A DNA stretch of 64,000 nt from an uncultured Bdellovibrionales bacterium (GTDB lineage: Bacteria; Patescibacteriota; Minisyncoccia; Moranbacterales; DUUL01): assembly GCA_964421125.1 (NCBI GenBank), contig CAYQVD010000002.1, positions 13,579 through 77,578 of the forward strand, written 5' to 3'. Numbering within the stretch: position 1 is the stretch's first letter; each line of letters opens with the position of its first letter. Shown in pieces: positions 9,103 to 19,631 of the stretch. The translations under genes were made by a program, and so were the position numbers. The notes below the pieces were generated by a model that saw only the letters and a list, made by a program, of their open reading frames with translations, was not told where the DNA came from and ran no database searches.

Positions 9103-11343
9103 CTATTTTTTCTTATTTCCTGTCACAAATTCTTTTCTTTGATTATACTCAGCAACCTTTCCATTATTCCATTGTTTGATTGGTCTAATATAACCAACAA
9201 CTCTTGAATAAACTTCACAATTTTGTTCAATAACACATTTTGGACAGACTTTATGTTCTCCTTCAAGATATCCATGAACCGGACACACACTAAAAGTCGG
9301 AGAAATCGTAAAATATGGAAGTTTGTAACTAGTCGCAATTCTTTTCACTAAAGATTTTGTAGTTTCAATGTCATTTATTCTTTCCCCAAGAAACATATGA
9401 AGAACTGTTCCGCCAGTGTACTTTGTCTGAAGACTATCCTGAAGATCAAGTGCCTCAAACATGTCATCGGTGTAACCAACTGGCAATTGACTTGAATTAG
9501 TATAATAAGGTGCTTCTCCTTCTTCTACGGCTCCGTTATTTGCAAAAATCATCTTTGGGAATCGCTTCTTGTCTTTTAGGGCAAGTCGATATGCAGTTCC
9601 TTCTGCCGGAGTTGCTTCTAGATTATAAAGATGATCTGTTTCCTCCTGAAATTCAAGCATCTTATCTCTCATATGAACCAAAACTTCCTCTGCAAATTTC
9701 AAGCCTTTTTTTGTTGTTATATCATCATTAGAAAAATTCATAATCGCCTCATTCAACCCAACAATTCCGATAGTTGAAAAATGATTTGACCAATATGAAC
9801 CTCTTCTTTTATAGACATCTTTAAGATAAAATTTAGAATATGGATAAAGACCTGATTCAGTAAGACTTTCAACCGTTTTTCTTTTGACCTCAAGACTTTC
9901 CTTTGCCAATTCCATTAAAACATCAAGTCTCTTATAAAAATCTTTCTTATCTTCTGCAAGATGTCCAATTCGAGGAAGATTAATTGTTACTACTCCAATT
10001 GATCCAGTAAGTGGAGCTGCTCCAAAAAGCCCTCCCATTCTCTTATGAAGCTCTCGATTATCAAGTCTCAACCTACAACACATCGATCTTGCATCATCTG
10101 GATCCATATCAGAATTAATAAAATTTGCAAAATATGGAACACCGTATTTTGATGTCATCTCCCAAAGTGAATTAAGATTTTTGTTATCCCAATCAAAATC
10201 TTTGGTAATATTATAAGTTGGAATCGGAAAAGTAAAAATTCGACCATCTGCATCCCCTTCGCTCATTACCTCTGCAAAGGCTCGATTAAGCATATCCATC
10301 TCCTCTTGAAACTCTTTGTACGTTTCTTTTTGTGGTTCGCCTCCAATAATAACCGCTTGATCTCGATAAATCTTGGGACATTCCAAATCCATAGTCAAAT
10401 TTGTAAAAGGAGTCTGAAATCCTACACGAGTTGGAACATTGAGATTAAAAATAAACTCTTGCATTGCTTGTTTCACAGCTTCATAGTCAAGTTTGTCATA
10501 TTTAACAAATGGTGCAAGTAATGTATCAAAATTTGAAAATGCCTGCGCTCCAGCTGCCTCCCCTTGAGTAGTGTAGAAAAAATTTACAAGCTGTCCTAAT
10601 GCTGGTCGAAGATGTTTTGGTGGTTTACAAGAAATCTTCCCAACAACACCAGTAAATCCTTGCGTTAACAAGTCTTGCAAATCCCAACCACAACAATATG
10701 CAGCAACTTTATCAAGATCATGAATATGAAAATCTCCTTCTTCATGAGCTCTTTTGACTGATTTTGCATAAACTCTCTCCATCCAATACTTGCTACTTAC
10801 AATAGATGAAATATAGTTATTTAATCCCTGGAGAGAATATGCCATATTTGAATTCTCCTTAACTTGCCAATCAATCTCCTTAAGATATTGATCAACAAGA
10901 TCTACTGCTTCTTCAAGTGAAGCTTCTGTATCTCTAATTTTTCGCCTTTTTTCTCGATAAAGAATATATGCTTTAGCAGTATCATCAAAATCAAGAATCA
11001 TTAAAACTTTTTCAACAAGGTCTTGAAGCTCCTCAATATGAGGAATATATCCAGGTCGAGAATTCTTATTAAGCATTTGAACAACCTTTCTGGTGACTTC
11101 TTTTGCCTTGGTCATACTCCCTTCTCCAGTTTCTTTAAAAGCTTTATAAATAGCTTCAACAACTTTATCTTGCTGAAAACGAACAATTGAACCATTTCGC
11201 TTTACTATCTTTTTAATTTTATTAACCGCTCTCTTTGATTTTTGACTAGTTTTTCTAACTTTCTTCACAATAGCTTTCTTAATCTTTGCTGTAGTTTTTG
11301 CTTTCTGCACTGTCTTTTTCTTCTTATCTTTTTGTTTTTTCAT
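9103..11343 (-). CDS. nrdD: Anaerobic ribonucleoside-triphosphate reductase (class III) with a lysine-rich N-terminal tail.
   Basis: ATP-cone, C-terminal Zn ribbon CPVHGY...CPKC and glycyl-radical motif SRVVGYIRP. First roughly 50 aa are K-rich. Confidence 0.9.
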   Translation of the reverse strand: MKKQKDKKKKTVQKAKTTAKIKKAIVKKVRKTSQKSKRAVNKIKKIVKRNGSIVRFQQDKVVEAIYKAFKETGEGSMTKAKEVTRKVVQMLNKNSRPGYIPHIEELQDLVEKVLMILDFDDTAKAYILYREKRRKIRDTEASLEEAVDLVDQYLKEIDWQVKENSNMAYSLQGLNNYISSIVSSKYWMERVYAKSVKRAHEEGDFHIHDLDKVAAYCCGWDLQDLLTQGFTGVVGKISCKPPKHLRPALGQLVNFFYTTQGEAAGAQAFSNFDTLLAPFVKYDKLDYEAVKQAMQEFIFNLNVPTRVGFQTPFTNLTMDLECPKIYRDQAVIIGGEPQKETYKEFQEEMDMLNRAFAEVMSEGDADGRIFTFPIPTYNITKDFDWDNKNLNSLWEMTSKYGVPYFANFINSDMDPDDARSMCCRLRLDNRELHKRMGGLFGAAPLTGSIGVVTINLPRIGHLAEDKKDFYKRLDVLMELAKESLEVKRKTVESLTESGLYPYSKFYLKDVYKRRGSYWSNHFSTIGIVGLNEAIMNFSNDDITTKKGLKFAEEVLVHMRDKMLEFQEETDHLYNLEATPAEGTAYRLALKDKKRFPKMIFANNGAVEEGEAPYYTNSSQLPVGYTDDMFEALDLQDSLQTKYTGGTVLHMFLGERINDIETTKSLVKRIATSYKLPYFTISPTFSVCPVHGYLEGEHKVCPKCVIEQNCEVYSRVVGYIRPIKQWNNGKVAEYNQRKEFVTGNKKK

Positions 11344-11396
11344 TTTTCTTACTCCCCCGAGTTTAACTGATTAAAAAATATATATATAAACTTATA

Positions 11397-11541
11397 AATT
11401 TCAAATTAAAAATCATAAATTCAAAATAAGCACCAATATCTAAATTCAAAATAATAAAAAATTACGAAATAAGAATGTTTAAAATTTTGAATTTGTAATT
11501 TTGCATTTATTTGTTATTTGCAATTTTGAATTTGTAATTTA
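11397..11541. promoter_or_regulatory. nrdR-nrdD intergenic repeat array, a candidate NrdR operator region, plus the nrdD promoter.
   Basis: AAATTCAAAAT at about 11421 and 11447. Its reverse complement ATTTTGAATTTGTAATTT at 11481 and 11521. A minus-strand TTGAAA-16-TATATT. A G-rich Shine-Dalgarno-like sequence before the nrdD ATG. Confidence 0.4.
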
Positions 11542-11547
11542 CGCTCA

Positions 11548-11988
11548 CTAGAGCTGTTCCAGTTCCTTAATAAATCTCTTTCCTGAACCAAAAGACTTAA
11601 ACACTGAAGCAAATCTCAAATATGCAACTTCATCTTTTTCTTTCAGCTTACACAAAACGATATTTCCAATTTCTTTTGTTGTTAATTCAGATTTCCCACA
11701 AACATTTATTTGAGACTCAACATCTGAAACTAACTGCTCTAATTCATCCTCATCTAATCGCTTATTTGTTGCTCGCTTTAAACTTTCTTCTAACTTCTCT
11801 TTCTTATACTCCTCTTTCTCACTATTTCTTTTAACTACTAGTAAATTTAAAATTTCAATTTGTTCATAAGTAGAAAATCTCTCTTTACATGCCTCACATT
11901 CTCTTCGACGACGAATAGTCCTCCCTCCGTCTGTTTCTCGGGAGTCAATAACTTTTGTGTCATCATGATTACAATGCGGACATTTCAT
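11548..11988 (-). CDS. nrdR: Transcriptional repressor NrdR.
   Basis: N-terminal Zn ribbon CPHC...CEAC plus an ATP-cone. Confidence 0.9.
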   Translation of the reverse strand: MKCPHCNHDDTKVIDSRETDGGRTIRRRRECEACKERFSTYEQIEILNLLVVKRNSEKEEYKKEKLEESLKRATNKRLDEDELEQLVSDVESQINVCGKSELTTKEIGNIVLCKLKEKDEVAYLRFASVFKSFGSGKRFIKELEQL

Positions 11989-12060
11989 AATTATTGCTAA
12001 TAACGTATATTTTTGTTTAAATTTACTACATGTTGTGGTCTAACTTGACCTTACTACACT

Positions 12061-12089
12061 ATTATAATTTACCCTCAAAATCTTGTCAA
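12061..12089 (-). promoter_or_regulatory. Consensus sigma-70 promoter for nrdR.
   Basis: Minus strand TTGACA, 17 nt, TATAAT. It is preceded by CTACTAACTA repeats. Confidence 0.5.
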
Positions 12090-12294
12090 GTCTCTTACTA
12101 ATTTTTAGTTTACAGTTAGTAGTTAGTAGTGCAAATAAAAGTTTTTTGTAAAAAAAGAACCCATAATGTTATTCTTTTATCTAAAACATACAACTTGCAT
12201 TCTGATCCCAATTACAAATGACTAGTCCTTGTTGAATAAACAAAATAAATAAGCTAAGATAAAGTAGTAATAAACATGACCTCATAATAATATT

Positions 12295-13095
12295 ATGTTA
12301 AATTTTGCTGCCATTGTCCCTCATCCCCCATCAATCATCCCTGGCGTGCCAAAAGCCAATCTTTCTCCTGTTAAAAAAACTATTAAGGCACTACATGAAC
12401 TCGGAGATGAATTGAAAAAATTCCAACCAGAAACCATTATAATAGTCTCTCCTCATGGACCAATGCGCTATGACAAGTTTACTATAAACCTCAAAGATAA
12501 TTACAAGGGAAGTTTTGCAAGATTTGGAATTCAAGACGAAGAAACACGATTCTTTCGAAATGATAAAATTCTTTCCAGTAAGCTTTTCCGAAAAATTAAA
12601 TCTGTCAACCTTCCAATTGATCCTATTATGGAAGAAGATATTGATTATGGTTCACTAATTCCACTTCACTATCTGACAAAATCAATGGTTAAAAAACCAA
12701 AGATAATCATGCTAACGTTCACCTCTCAAGATTGGAAAACTCATTTTGACTTTGGTTGTCACATTAAAAATATTTTAAATGAAACTGAATATAACGTCGC
12801 TTTTATTGCCAGTGCTGATCTTTCTCATCGAATCACCGACAATTCCCCTGCTGGATTTTCTCCTTATGGAATAAAATTTGATCAAACCCTTATAAAACTC
12901 CTTAAAAAAAATGATCTTGAAAAACTACTTGATATCAACCCAGAATTCTCCGAAGAAGCACAGGAATGCGGATTAAGATCAATTATGATGGCCTTAGGCG
13001 TTGTAAATAGTTCAGAAGCTGATTTTGTTCAGCTTTCTTATGAACACCCTTTTGGAGTCGGATACTTAACTGGGAGATGGAAATTGAAAAAATAA
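12295..13095 (+). CDS. LigB/MEMO-type class III extradiol dioxygenase-like protein.
   Basis: AIVPHPPSIIP ... IIIVSPHGP motifs. Confidence 0.5.
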   Translation: MLNFAAIVPHPPSIIPGVPKANLSPVKKTIKALHELGDELKKFQPETIIIVSPHGPMRYDKFTINLKDNYKGSFARFGIQDEETRFFRNDKILSSKLFRKIKSVNLPIDPIMEEDIDYGSLIPLHYLTKSMVKKPKIIMLTFTSQDWKTHFDFGCHIKNILNETEYNVAFIASADLSHRITDNSPAGFSPYGIKFDQTLIKLLKKNDLEKLLDINPEFSEEAQECGLRSIMMALGVVNSSEADFVQLSYEHPFGVGYLTGRWKLKK

Positions 13096-13096
13096 T

Positions 13097-15073
13097 ATGA
13101 ATTACTACGAAATAATCCCACTCACTCGAATTTCACTTAATCACAGTCCTTCTTTTACCTATTCAAGCAAAGAAGTTTTTAAATTTGGCGATTTAGTAGA
13201 AATTGATTTTGCTGGAAAAAAACTTAAAGGAGTTGTTGACTCAAAGACCAAAAGACCCTTCTACAAAACAAAACTAATTCTCAAGCTTTTACAAGAAGAG
13301 GCAATTAATAAAAAACAATTAAAAATAGCAGAAAAAATATCAAAATACTACTTAACGGGACTGGGAATTGTTCTAAAATTTTTCATCGTCAAATCAACAA
13401 AAAAATTAACGCCGCCTTCAGCTCCTGAGAGTGATATTGGGGATAATAAAAAAGAAAAAGTAATATTAACTCCGTCTCAAAAAAAAATAACTAATGAAAT
13501 CAAGCTATCCAAGAAAATTAGAAAGTTTCTTGTAGCTGGCCCTGCTTCATCAGGAAAAACTGAAATTGCCATGAATTGTATTGGATCAGCCTTAAAACAA
13601 AAAAAACAATGCCTCGTCATCATCCCAGAAATTTTTCTATCCTACCAAGAAATAGATCGCTACTTCAAGCGTTTTAAGAATCATAAAGTTGCACTCTTTC
13701 ACTCTGGATTAACTGCCACACAAAAAAACTTTATTAAAAAAGGAGTTCAAGACGGAACACTAAATTTGATTATTTCAACAAAGATTGGTTGCTTATTACC
13801 TTTTAAAAATCTTGGTTTTATTGTCGTTGATGAAGAACAAGACATTTCTCACAAACAATGGGATCAAAGTCCACGCTATCATGTTCGACAAGTTTCATCT
13901 TGGCTTCAGAAGATTCATAATACTAACCTCATTTATCTTTCTGCTACTCCTTCAATGGAAATTCTAGAAGAAGCTCAGGGGAAATCGATGAAACATTTAA
14001 AACTACCAATGCTTAGTCTCAAAAAAATTGAAGTAAATCAACCAAGCTTTGAATTCGTGAATCTTAAACAATACTTTTATAAGAAAAAAGCTAACGTTAT
14101 CATTTCCAATGAATTAAAAATAGGATTAAAAAATTCCTTAGACACAAAAAAAACCGCCTTTATTCTTGTACAAAGAAGAGGGAGAGGAAAAGCTCTTATG
14201 TGCCTTGACTGTAAAACTAAGGTCTCGTGTCCAAAATGTAATCTGCCATTAGTTCAGGTTGGAGAAAAATATCAGTGCCTTCATTGTGATTTCAAAATCT
14301 CAAGTCTTTCTCAATGTCCAAAATGTCGAAGCTTTAGAATCGTCAATTTAGGCTTTGGAACCGAAAGTGCTTACGAAAAAATTAAAACCATTTTTCCAAA
14401 AGCTCGCATCGAAATCATCGATCAGACAGCCTTAACCAAAAAAAATACACGAAGAAAACTCTACGAGAAATTAAAAAATCAAAAAATAGATATTCTCATT
14501 GGAACCCAATCAATTATTAAGGGTTTTGACTTACCAAACGTTTCCCTGACTGCTATTTTAAATACCGAAAGCTGGAGCGGAAAAACTGACTTCAAGTTTG
14601 ATGAAAGATGGCTTGGAAGTCTTTTCCAAATTGCTGGAAGAGTTAATCGCCCAGGAAGTCTTCAGAAAGGAAAATTCCTAGTTCAAACCTTCAATCCCGA
14701 AAATTACCTCTTTGATTATCTTAAAAAATGGAAATGGGAAGACTTCGCAAAAAATGAATTGAAATCTAGAAAAGCAATTAAATACCCCCCATTCTATCGA
14801 TTCATCAAGTTAATATACCGGGATTCTGACAAGATTAAGGTTGATAAAAACATTAAAAAGGTTTACAATCAACTTCAAAAGGTAAGCGCGAAAGAAATCA
14901 TATCAATTCTGCCTCCTTTTTATGGAAACATTGAAAAAGCTAGAGGATCTTATCAAAAATTTATCCTCGTAAAAACTAAGCCAGTTAAAAAATACTCCCC
15001 AATTCTTCAAAAGATTTTCAATAAACTAGGAGAAAATTGGTATTTCGATGTCGATCCAGAAAATGTTTTTTAA
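13097..15073 (+). CDS. priA: Primosomal protein N' (PriA helicase).
   Basis: Walker A AGPASSGKTE, VVDEEQD, and a Cys-rich Zn region CLDCKTKVSCPKCN...CLHCDF...CPKC. Confidence 0.85.
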   Translation: MNYYEIIPLTRISLNHSPSFTYSSKEVFKFGDLVEIDFAGKKLKGVVDSKTKRPFYKTKLILKLLQEEAINKKQLKIAEKISKYYLTGLGIVLKFFIVKSTKKLTPPSAPESDIGDNKKEKVILTPSQKKITNEIKLSKKIRKFLVAGPASSGKTEIAMNCIGSALKQKKQCLVIIPEIFLSYQEIDRYFKRFKNHKVALFHSGLTATQKNFIKKGVQDGTLNLIISTKIGCLLPFKNLGFIVVDEEQDISHKQWDQSPRYHVRQVSSWLQKIHNTNLIYLSATPSMEILEEAQGKSMKHLKLPMLSLKKIEVNQPSFEFVNLKQYFYKKKANVIISNELKIGLKNSLDTKKTAFILVQRRGRGKALMCLDCKTKVSCPKCNLPLVQVGEKYQCLHCDFKISSLSQCPKCRSFRIVNLGFGTESAYEKIKTIFPKARIEIIDQTALTKKNTRRKLYEKLKNQKIDILIGTQSIIKGFDLPNVSLTAILNTESWSGKTDFKFDERWLGSLFQIAGRVNRPGSLQKGKFLVQTFNPENYLFDYLKKWKWEDFAKNELKSRKAIKYPPFYRFIKLIYRDSDKIKVDKNIKKVYNQLQKVSAKEIISILPPFYGNIEKARGSYQKFILVKTKPVKKYSPILQKIFNKLGENWYFDVDPENVF

Positions 15074-15241
15074 ATATATTCTCAATTATCAATAATCATT
15101 AAAAACTATTAGTCTTGTAATTCCGCAAAATCTTAAAATATATTAGCTGTATTCCAAAATACATGTCAGCTTGATAATGTTTTATAAAAATATATTATTT
15201 ACATTTCAAAGCCTGAAATAATCAATTAAATTTTAAAAGCA

Positions 15242-15688
15242 ATGAAAATTATTATATATCCAAATCCTATATTACGAAATAAATCTGAAGAAATTAAAGA
15301 TCCAACTGCTCCAGAAATCAAACAGTTGATTCTCGACATGACAAAAACTCTTCGAGCAAATCAAGGAGTTGGACTAGCTGCTCCTCAGGTTGGCAAAAAT
15401 ATCAGACTCTGTCTCATTGAAATTGATGATGAACTTTTTGTGTTAATCAATCCAAAAATCAAAAGTGAATCGGATGAACGAATCATTGCCGAAGAAGGGT
15501 GTTTGTCTTTCCCTGGAAAATTCATGCTTATTGAACGAAATAAAAGAGTGAAAGTAAAAGCAATTGATGCTAGCGGAAAATCTCAGATAATTAGAGCTCG
15601 AGGACTTTTTGCTAGAGCCTTGCAACACGAAATTGATCACCTCAACGGAGAATTAATTATAGATAAGACCACAACTCAGGAAAAATAA
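15242..15688 (+). CDS. def: Peptide deformylase.
   Basis: GVGLAAPQVG, EGCLSFPG and QHEIDHLNG motifs. Confidence 0.9.
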   Translation: MKIIIYPNPILRNKSEEIKDPTAPEIKQLILDMTKTLRANQGVGLAAPQVGKNIRLCLIEIDDELFVLINPKIKSESDERIIAEEGCLSFPGKFMLIERNKRVKVKAIDASGKSQIIRARGLFARALQHEIDHLNGELIIDKTTTQEK

Positions 15689-15708
15689 AGAAATAATAAG
15701 AAAACAAA

Positions 15709-16680
15709 ATGAAAATAAAAGATCTCAAAATCATATTCATGGGAACCTCCTATTTTGCCTCCAAAATAATAGAAGATTCAATTAAAAAAGAAATTCCCAT
15801 TGCCCTAGTTGTCACTCAACCCGACCGACCAGTAGGAAGAAAAAAAGAAATAACTCTACCAGAAGCCAAAAAAACAGCAGAAAAGAATAATCTTTCAGTT
15901 AAGCAATTTGCAAAAATAGATACCCTAGCAATAAATTTTTTTCAAGCAGAAAACCCAGATCTAATTATTGTTGCTTCTTATGGATTAATCCTTCCGCAAG
16001 AACTCATTGATCTCCCAAGATTTGGCTGTGTTAATGTTCACACCTCAATGCTTCCTGCTCTCAGAGGACCATCTCCAATTCAAGCTGCCCTTCTTGATGG
16101 ACTAGAAAAAACTGGGGTTTCAATCATGAAAATGGATTCAAAAATTGATCATGGACCAATTCTTAAGCAAGAAGAAGTAAAGATATATAAGAAATATGAC
16201 TACAAAATGCTAGAGGAAAAACTAGCAGAAGTTTCAAATAAAATTCTGCTTCCTACCATCCAAGATATGCTCGATAAAAAAATAAAACCTAAAGAACAAA
16301 ATCATCATAAAGCCACTTTCACAAAAATAATTAACAAGAAAGATGGACGAATTATTTGGTCAAGAAGTGCTAATCAAATTGAAGGACTTCACAAAGCATT
16401 TTGTGTTTGGCCAAAAATATTTTGCTATTGGGAAAAAGAAAATCAGCTCGGCAATCATCAGAAAATAATCTTTTGGGAGATAAAATCAGTTAAAGAAACA
16501 TCCAAATCTATAAACAAAAGGTATGGTGAAGTTTTTAATAACGAAAAGGGTAAAACTCTTATTAAAACCGGAGATGGATTAATTGAGATAAAAAAAATTC
16601 AATTGCCCGGGAAAAAAGCAATGGATATCGATGAGTTTTGCAATGGTCAACATCAATTTATCGGAGCTATTCTTAATTAA
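15709..16680 (+). CDS. fmt: Methionyl-tRNA formyltransferase.
   Basis: Formyltransferase core VNVHTSMLPALRGPSPIQAALLDG. Confidence 0.85.
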   Translation: MKIKDLKIIFMGTSYFASKIIEDSIKKEIPIALVVTQPDRPVGRKKEITLPEAKKTAEKNNLSVKQFAKIDTLAINFFQAENPDLIIVASYGLILPQELIDLPRFGCVNVHTSMLPALRGPSPIQAALLDGLEKTGVSIMKMDSKIDHGPILKQEEVKIYKKYDYKMLEEKLAEVSNKILLPTIQDMLDKKIKPKEQNHHKATFTKIINKKDGRIIWSRSANQIEGLHKAFCVWPKIFCYWEKENQLGNHQKIIFWEIKSVKETSKSINKRYGEVFNNEKGKTLIKTGDGLIEIKKIQLPGKKAMDIDEFCNGQHQFIGAILN

Positions 16681-16693
16681 AACAAAATAGTAA

Positions 16694-17563
16694 ATGCAAA
16701 AAAAACAAAGATATTACGAAAAAGAAAAAGCCAATGAAAGTTTATCCCTAAAACCAATCGCCATTGGAGCTCTTTTAATTATAATGGTAATAGGAATTTA
16801 TTTTTCTAAAAACTTTTTATTCACAAAAAACGAAGAAGATGCTGTTAATGAAATCGTCCAAGAAAAATCTGAAAAAATAACCGTTCCAATGATTTTGTCT
16901 GAAGATCTTCAAAAACTAGTATATAAAGATACTCATCAGATAATTGACATCCGTAGTACCGAAGAATTCAAATACAGTCATATTGAAAATTCAAAAAATA
17001 TTCCAATAACAAAACTAAAAGAACAAGCAAGCAAGCTAGACAAAAACATCCCAGTAATAATCATTGATCAAATAGAAACCACACAAGGAAAAGAAGCAAC
17101 TCAATACTTAGAAGAACTTGGATTTTCTTCTAGATATTTAATTGGTGGAATTACTAATTTCTCTAAAGAAGGTTTTTCTATTATTTCTTTCGGCGATCCA
17201 AATTTAACTACAGACATAGTTAAAGTCAATCCAATTTCATCAGAAGAAGCTAATCAAAAAGCAATAAACGAGTCTAGATTAATCAAATTTCTAGATGTTC
17301 GATCAAGAAAAAATTATGAAAAGAATCACATACAAGGATCCACTAATATCCCGCTAGAAGAACTTGAACAAAAGAAAAACGATATCCCTGTGGGTAAAAT
17401 AATTATAGTAGATGAAGAGCCAATCAGAAGTTTTCAATCTGCAGTCAGACTTCACGACATGAATTTTATTGGAGTTTATTACCTAGAATCAAGTCTAAGT
17501 AAATTCAAAAAATATATTGAAGAAAGTACTGAAAATACAAAAAAAATCAAAGAAAGTGAATAA
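16694..17563 (+). CDS. Membrane-anchored tandem rhodanese-like domain protein lacking catalytic Cys.
   Basis: N-terminal TM segment. Two rhodanese-like modules (IIDIRSTEEF..., FLDVRSRKNYE...) with no Cys in the active-site loop. Confidence 0.55.
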   Translation: MQKKQRYYEKEKANESLSLKPIAIGALLIIMVIGIYFSKNFLFTKNEEDAVNEIVQEKSEKITVPMILSEDLQKLVYKDTHQIIDIRSTEEFKYSHIENSKNIPITKLKEQASKLDKNIPVIIIDQIETTQGKEATQYLEELGFSSRYLIGGITNFSKEGFSIISFGDPNLTTDIVKVNPISSEEANQKAINESRLIKFLDVRSRKNYEKNHIQGSTNIPLEELEQKKNDIPVGKIIIVDEEPIRSFQSAVRLHDMNFIGVYYLESSLSKFKKYIEESTENTKKIKESE

Positions 17564-17578
17564 AAAAACTTAAAAATC

Positions 17579-18001
17579 TTATTTTAAATAATCATACAAA
17601 AACCAACCTGAAATAAAAACAAACACCAAATAAATCAAAGATTCCAAAAGACTAGCCTTATACAAAACAAAAATCAATGACACCCCAATTAAAATTAACA
17701 TTCCTACTAAAATAATCCTAAATAACCATAAGTTAATATTTAAATTTTGGTTCCCCCTCCTAATAACCAACGTTAAAATAAGCCAAGTTACTATAACTGT
17801 TAATAAGAGAAAATTAAGATTGAAAACTACCGTTACAAATCCTGACAGAGTCGTTTCCAGGAAAAATAAAAATAAATATTCAATTACCAAAATCAAAAAC
17901 AACCAACCAATGAAATTACTTTTTTGATTTAAGTAATCACTTATTTTCAATAATACTTTTTTCATAATTTTAAAATAGATACTCTCCATATTTACTCGCA
18001 A
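17579..18001 (-). CDS. Small multi-TM membrane protein. An internal start near 17965 is likely.
   Basis: Three hydrophobic helices. Confidence 0.45.
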   Translation of the reverse strand: MRVNMESIYFKIMKKVLLKISDYLNQKSNFIGWLFLILVIEYLFLFFLETTLSGFVTVVFNLNFLLLTVIVTWLILTLVIRRGNQNLNINLWLFRIILVGMLILIGVSLIFVLYKASLLESLIYLVFVFISGWFLYDYLK

Positions 18002-18914
18002 GATCTTTTTTTACATTAGACATTAATATAAAGAAAGATTTTTTCATATCTTTCAATTTAACTGACACTTTTAACTGTGTATGTGCATCAATAATTGACG
18101 CTCCCAGTTCTCTTTGGTTAAATTTAAATATATACGGCTGATTCGGACTAATAGAGCCTGAAACATCAAAATTACAATTTATTTCATTATCTCTTATTAC
18201 ATCTACCACACAAAAATCTAACTCAAAAAGCTCTTTTGCAGGAACTATATAATAACGCTCCCAAACATCCTTAATAATCTCTTCATTTTTTATTTTTACA
18301 AGAGATTCCTCCCAAACTAAATAAAAACCAGTTTCCGTCTTTAAAATAACCCCATCTGGATGAGCACTGCTAAAAACGATTTTCTCCCCTTCTCCTGCTA
18401 ATAAAGAAAAGGCCTCTGTTCCTTTTGGGATAACAACGTTCCAATTAAAACCAAGCTTCTCAAAAATTTCACCAGAAAGAATCGGACGATATTCACCACG
18501 ACTGACAAAAAAGGCAGATTCTCCGTTTGAAAAAATTGTCCCATTCGGAATATCTGACTGATCATTAAAATAAAGATACTTTTCAAAATCTTCAATACTA
18601 TTTATTTCTCCTTTTTTAGGATAAGCCATTGCTTCATAATTTTCGCAAATAGAAATCTTGACTGGTTGTTTTAATCCTGAGACAATGTTTTTATTTATTT
18701 TCACATTCAGATCCACTTCACTAAAAGGATAATTTTTATAATAAGGGTTTAAAAGAAACGTATTATCTCCAAGCTCCTTATTTTTAATCATAATCCCATG
18801 ATTATTCGCTTCATTAAGATAATAATTAAAAACAGGAAAAGCATTCTTCCATAAAACAAAAACTGGTAAAACCAAGGCTATTAATATCAATATTATTATT
18901 TCGCTTATCCTCAT
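17970..18914 (-). CDS. Hypothetical signal-anchored or secreted protein.
   Basis: N-terminal hydrophobic anchor MRISEIIILILIALVLPVFVLW. Confidence 0.5.
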   Translation of the reverse strand: MRISEIIILILIALVLPVFVLWKNAFPVFNYYLNEANNHGIMIKNKELGDNTFLLNPYYKNYPFSEVDLNVKINKNIVSGLKQPVKISICENYEAMAYPKKGEINSIEDFEKYLYFNDQSDIPNGTIFSNGESAFFVSRGEYRPILSGEIFEKLGFNWNVVIPKGTEAFSLLAGEGEKIVFSSAHPDGVILKTETGFYLVWEESLVKIKNEEIIKDVWERYYIVPAKELFELDFCVVDVIRDNEINCNFDVSGSISPNQPYIFKFNQRELGASIIDAHTQLKVSVKLKDMKKSFFILMSNVKKDLASKYGEYLF

Positions 18915-18923
18915 TATTTAAAA

Positions 18924-19628
18924 TTATCTCCTTAAAATAAACAACACGCCAGTACCACCCATTACAATAATTACAACAGGCAACCAATACGATGCTCCAA
19001 TGGCAACAGATGCATTGAAAATTGTATGGATTAAGACTGAAAAAAATAACCCTAATAAAATTAATAATATCTTATCAAGATTCCTCTGACAATACCCCCC
19101 CCTAGCAATAAAGAATCCTAAAATTCCAGAAAATACCATGTGTGCAATACTCGAAAAAATCGTTCTCGCAATAATCAAGTTAAAAACCTCCCCAATACTA
19201 GAAGAATCTATTTGAGTAGCAAAATATATTCCATTTTCTGCAACGGCAAAAGATAACCCAATAATCATTCCGATAATCATTCCGTCTTTCGCCTTCTTAA
19301 CCACTACTTTTTTTATGCCCCACCATATAACAATTCCTTTCAAAGACTCTTCAATTAAAGCTGCGATTACCACATAAAAAAGCAATGAATTTTCCAAAAG
19401 ATGGTTGGTTTCTAAAATATTCGAACTAAATAAATACTTATCCTCAAGTAAGATAAACTCCAATATTCCAGCTATTCCAACCACAGCAATCCCTCCAATA
19501 GCTAAACTAAAAATATTATTATTTTTCCATTCCAAAAAATTAGTACTGTAATTAATAATCGCAAGCCAAAATAAAGCTATTAAAAAGCTTATCGCGACAG
19601 CTGAAATTACAATAGTAAAAGAAATCAT
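18924..19628 (-). CDS. PrsW-family intramembrane protease-like protein.
   Basis: EESLKG, FAVAENGIYF and HMVFSGILG motifs (EExxK / FxxxE / HxxxxxxG) in a polytopic membrane protein. Confidence 0.6.
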   Translation of the reverse strand: MISFTIVISAVAISFLIALFWLAIINYSTNFLEWKNNNIFSLAIGGIAVVGIAGILEFILLEDKYLFSSNILETNHLLENSLLFYVVIAALIEESLKGIVIWWGIKKVVVKKAKDGMIIGMIIGLSFAVAENGIYFATQIDSSSIGEVFNLIIARTIFSSIAHMVFSGILGFFIARGGYCQRNLDKILLILLGLFFSVLIHTIFNASVAIGASYWLPVVIIVMGGTGVLFILRR

Positions 19629-19631
19629 TTT

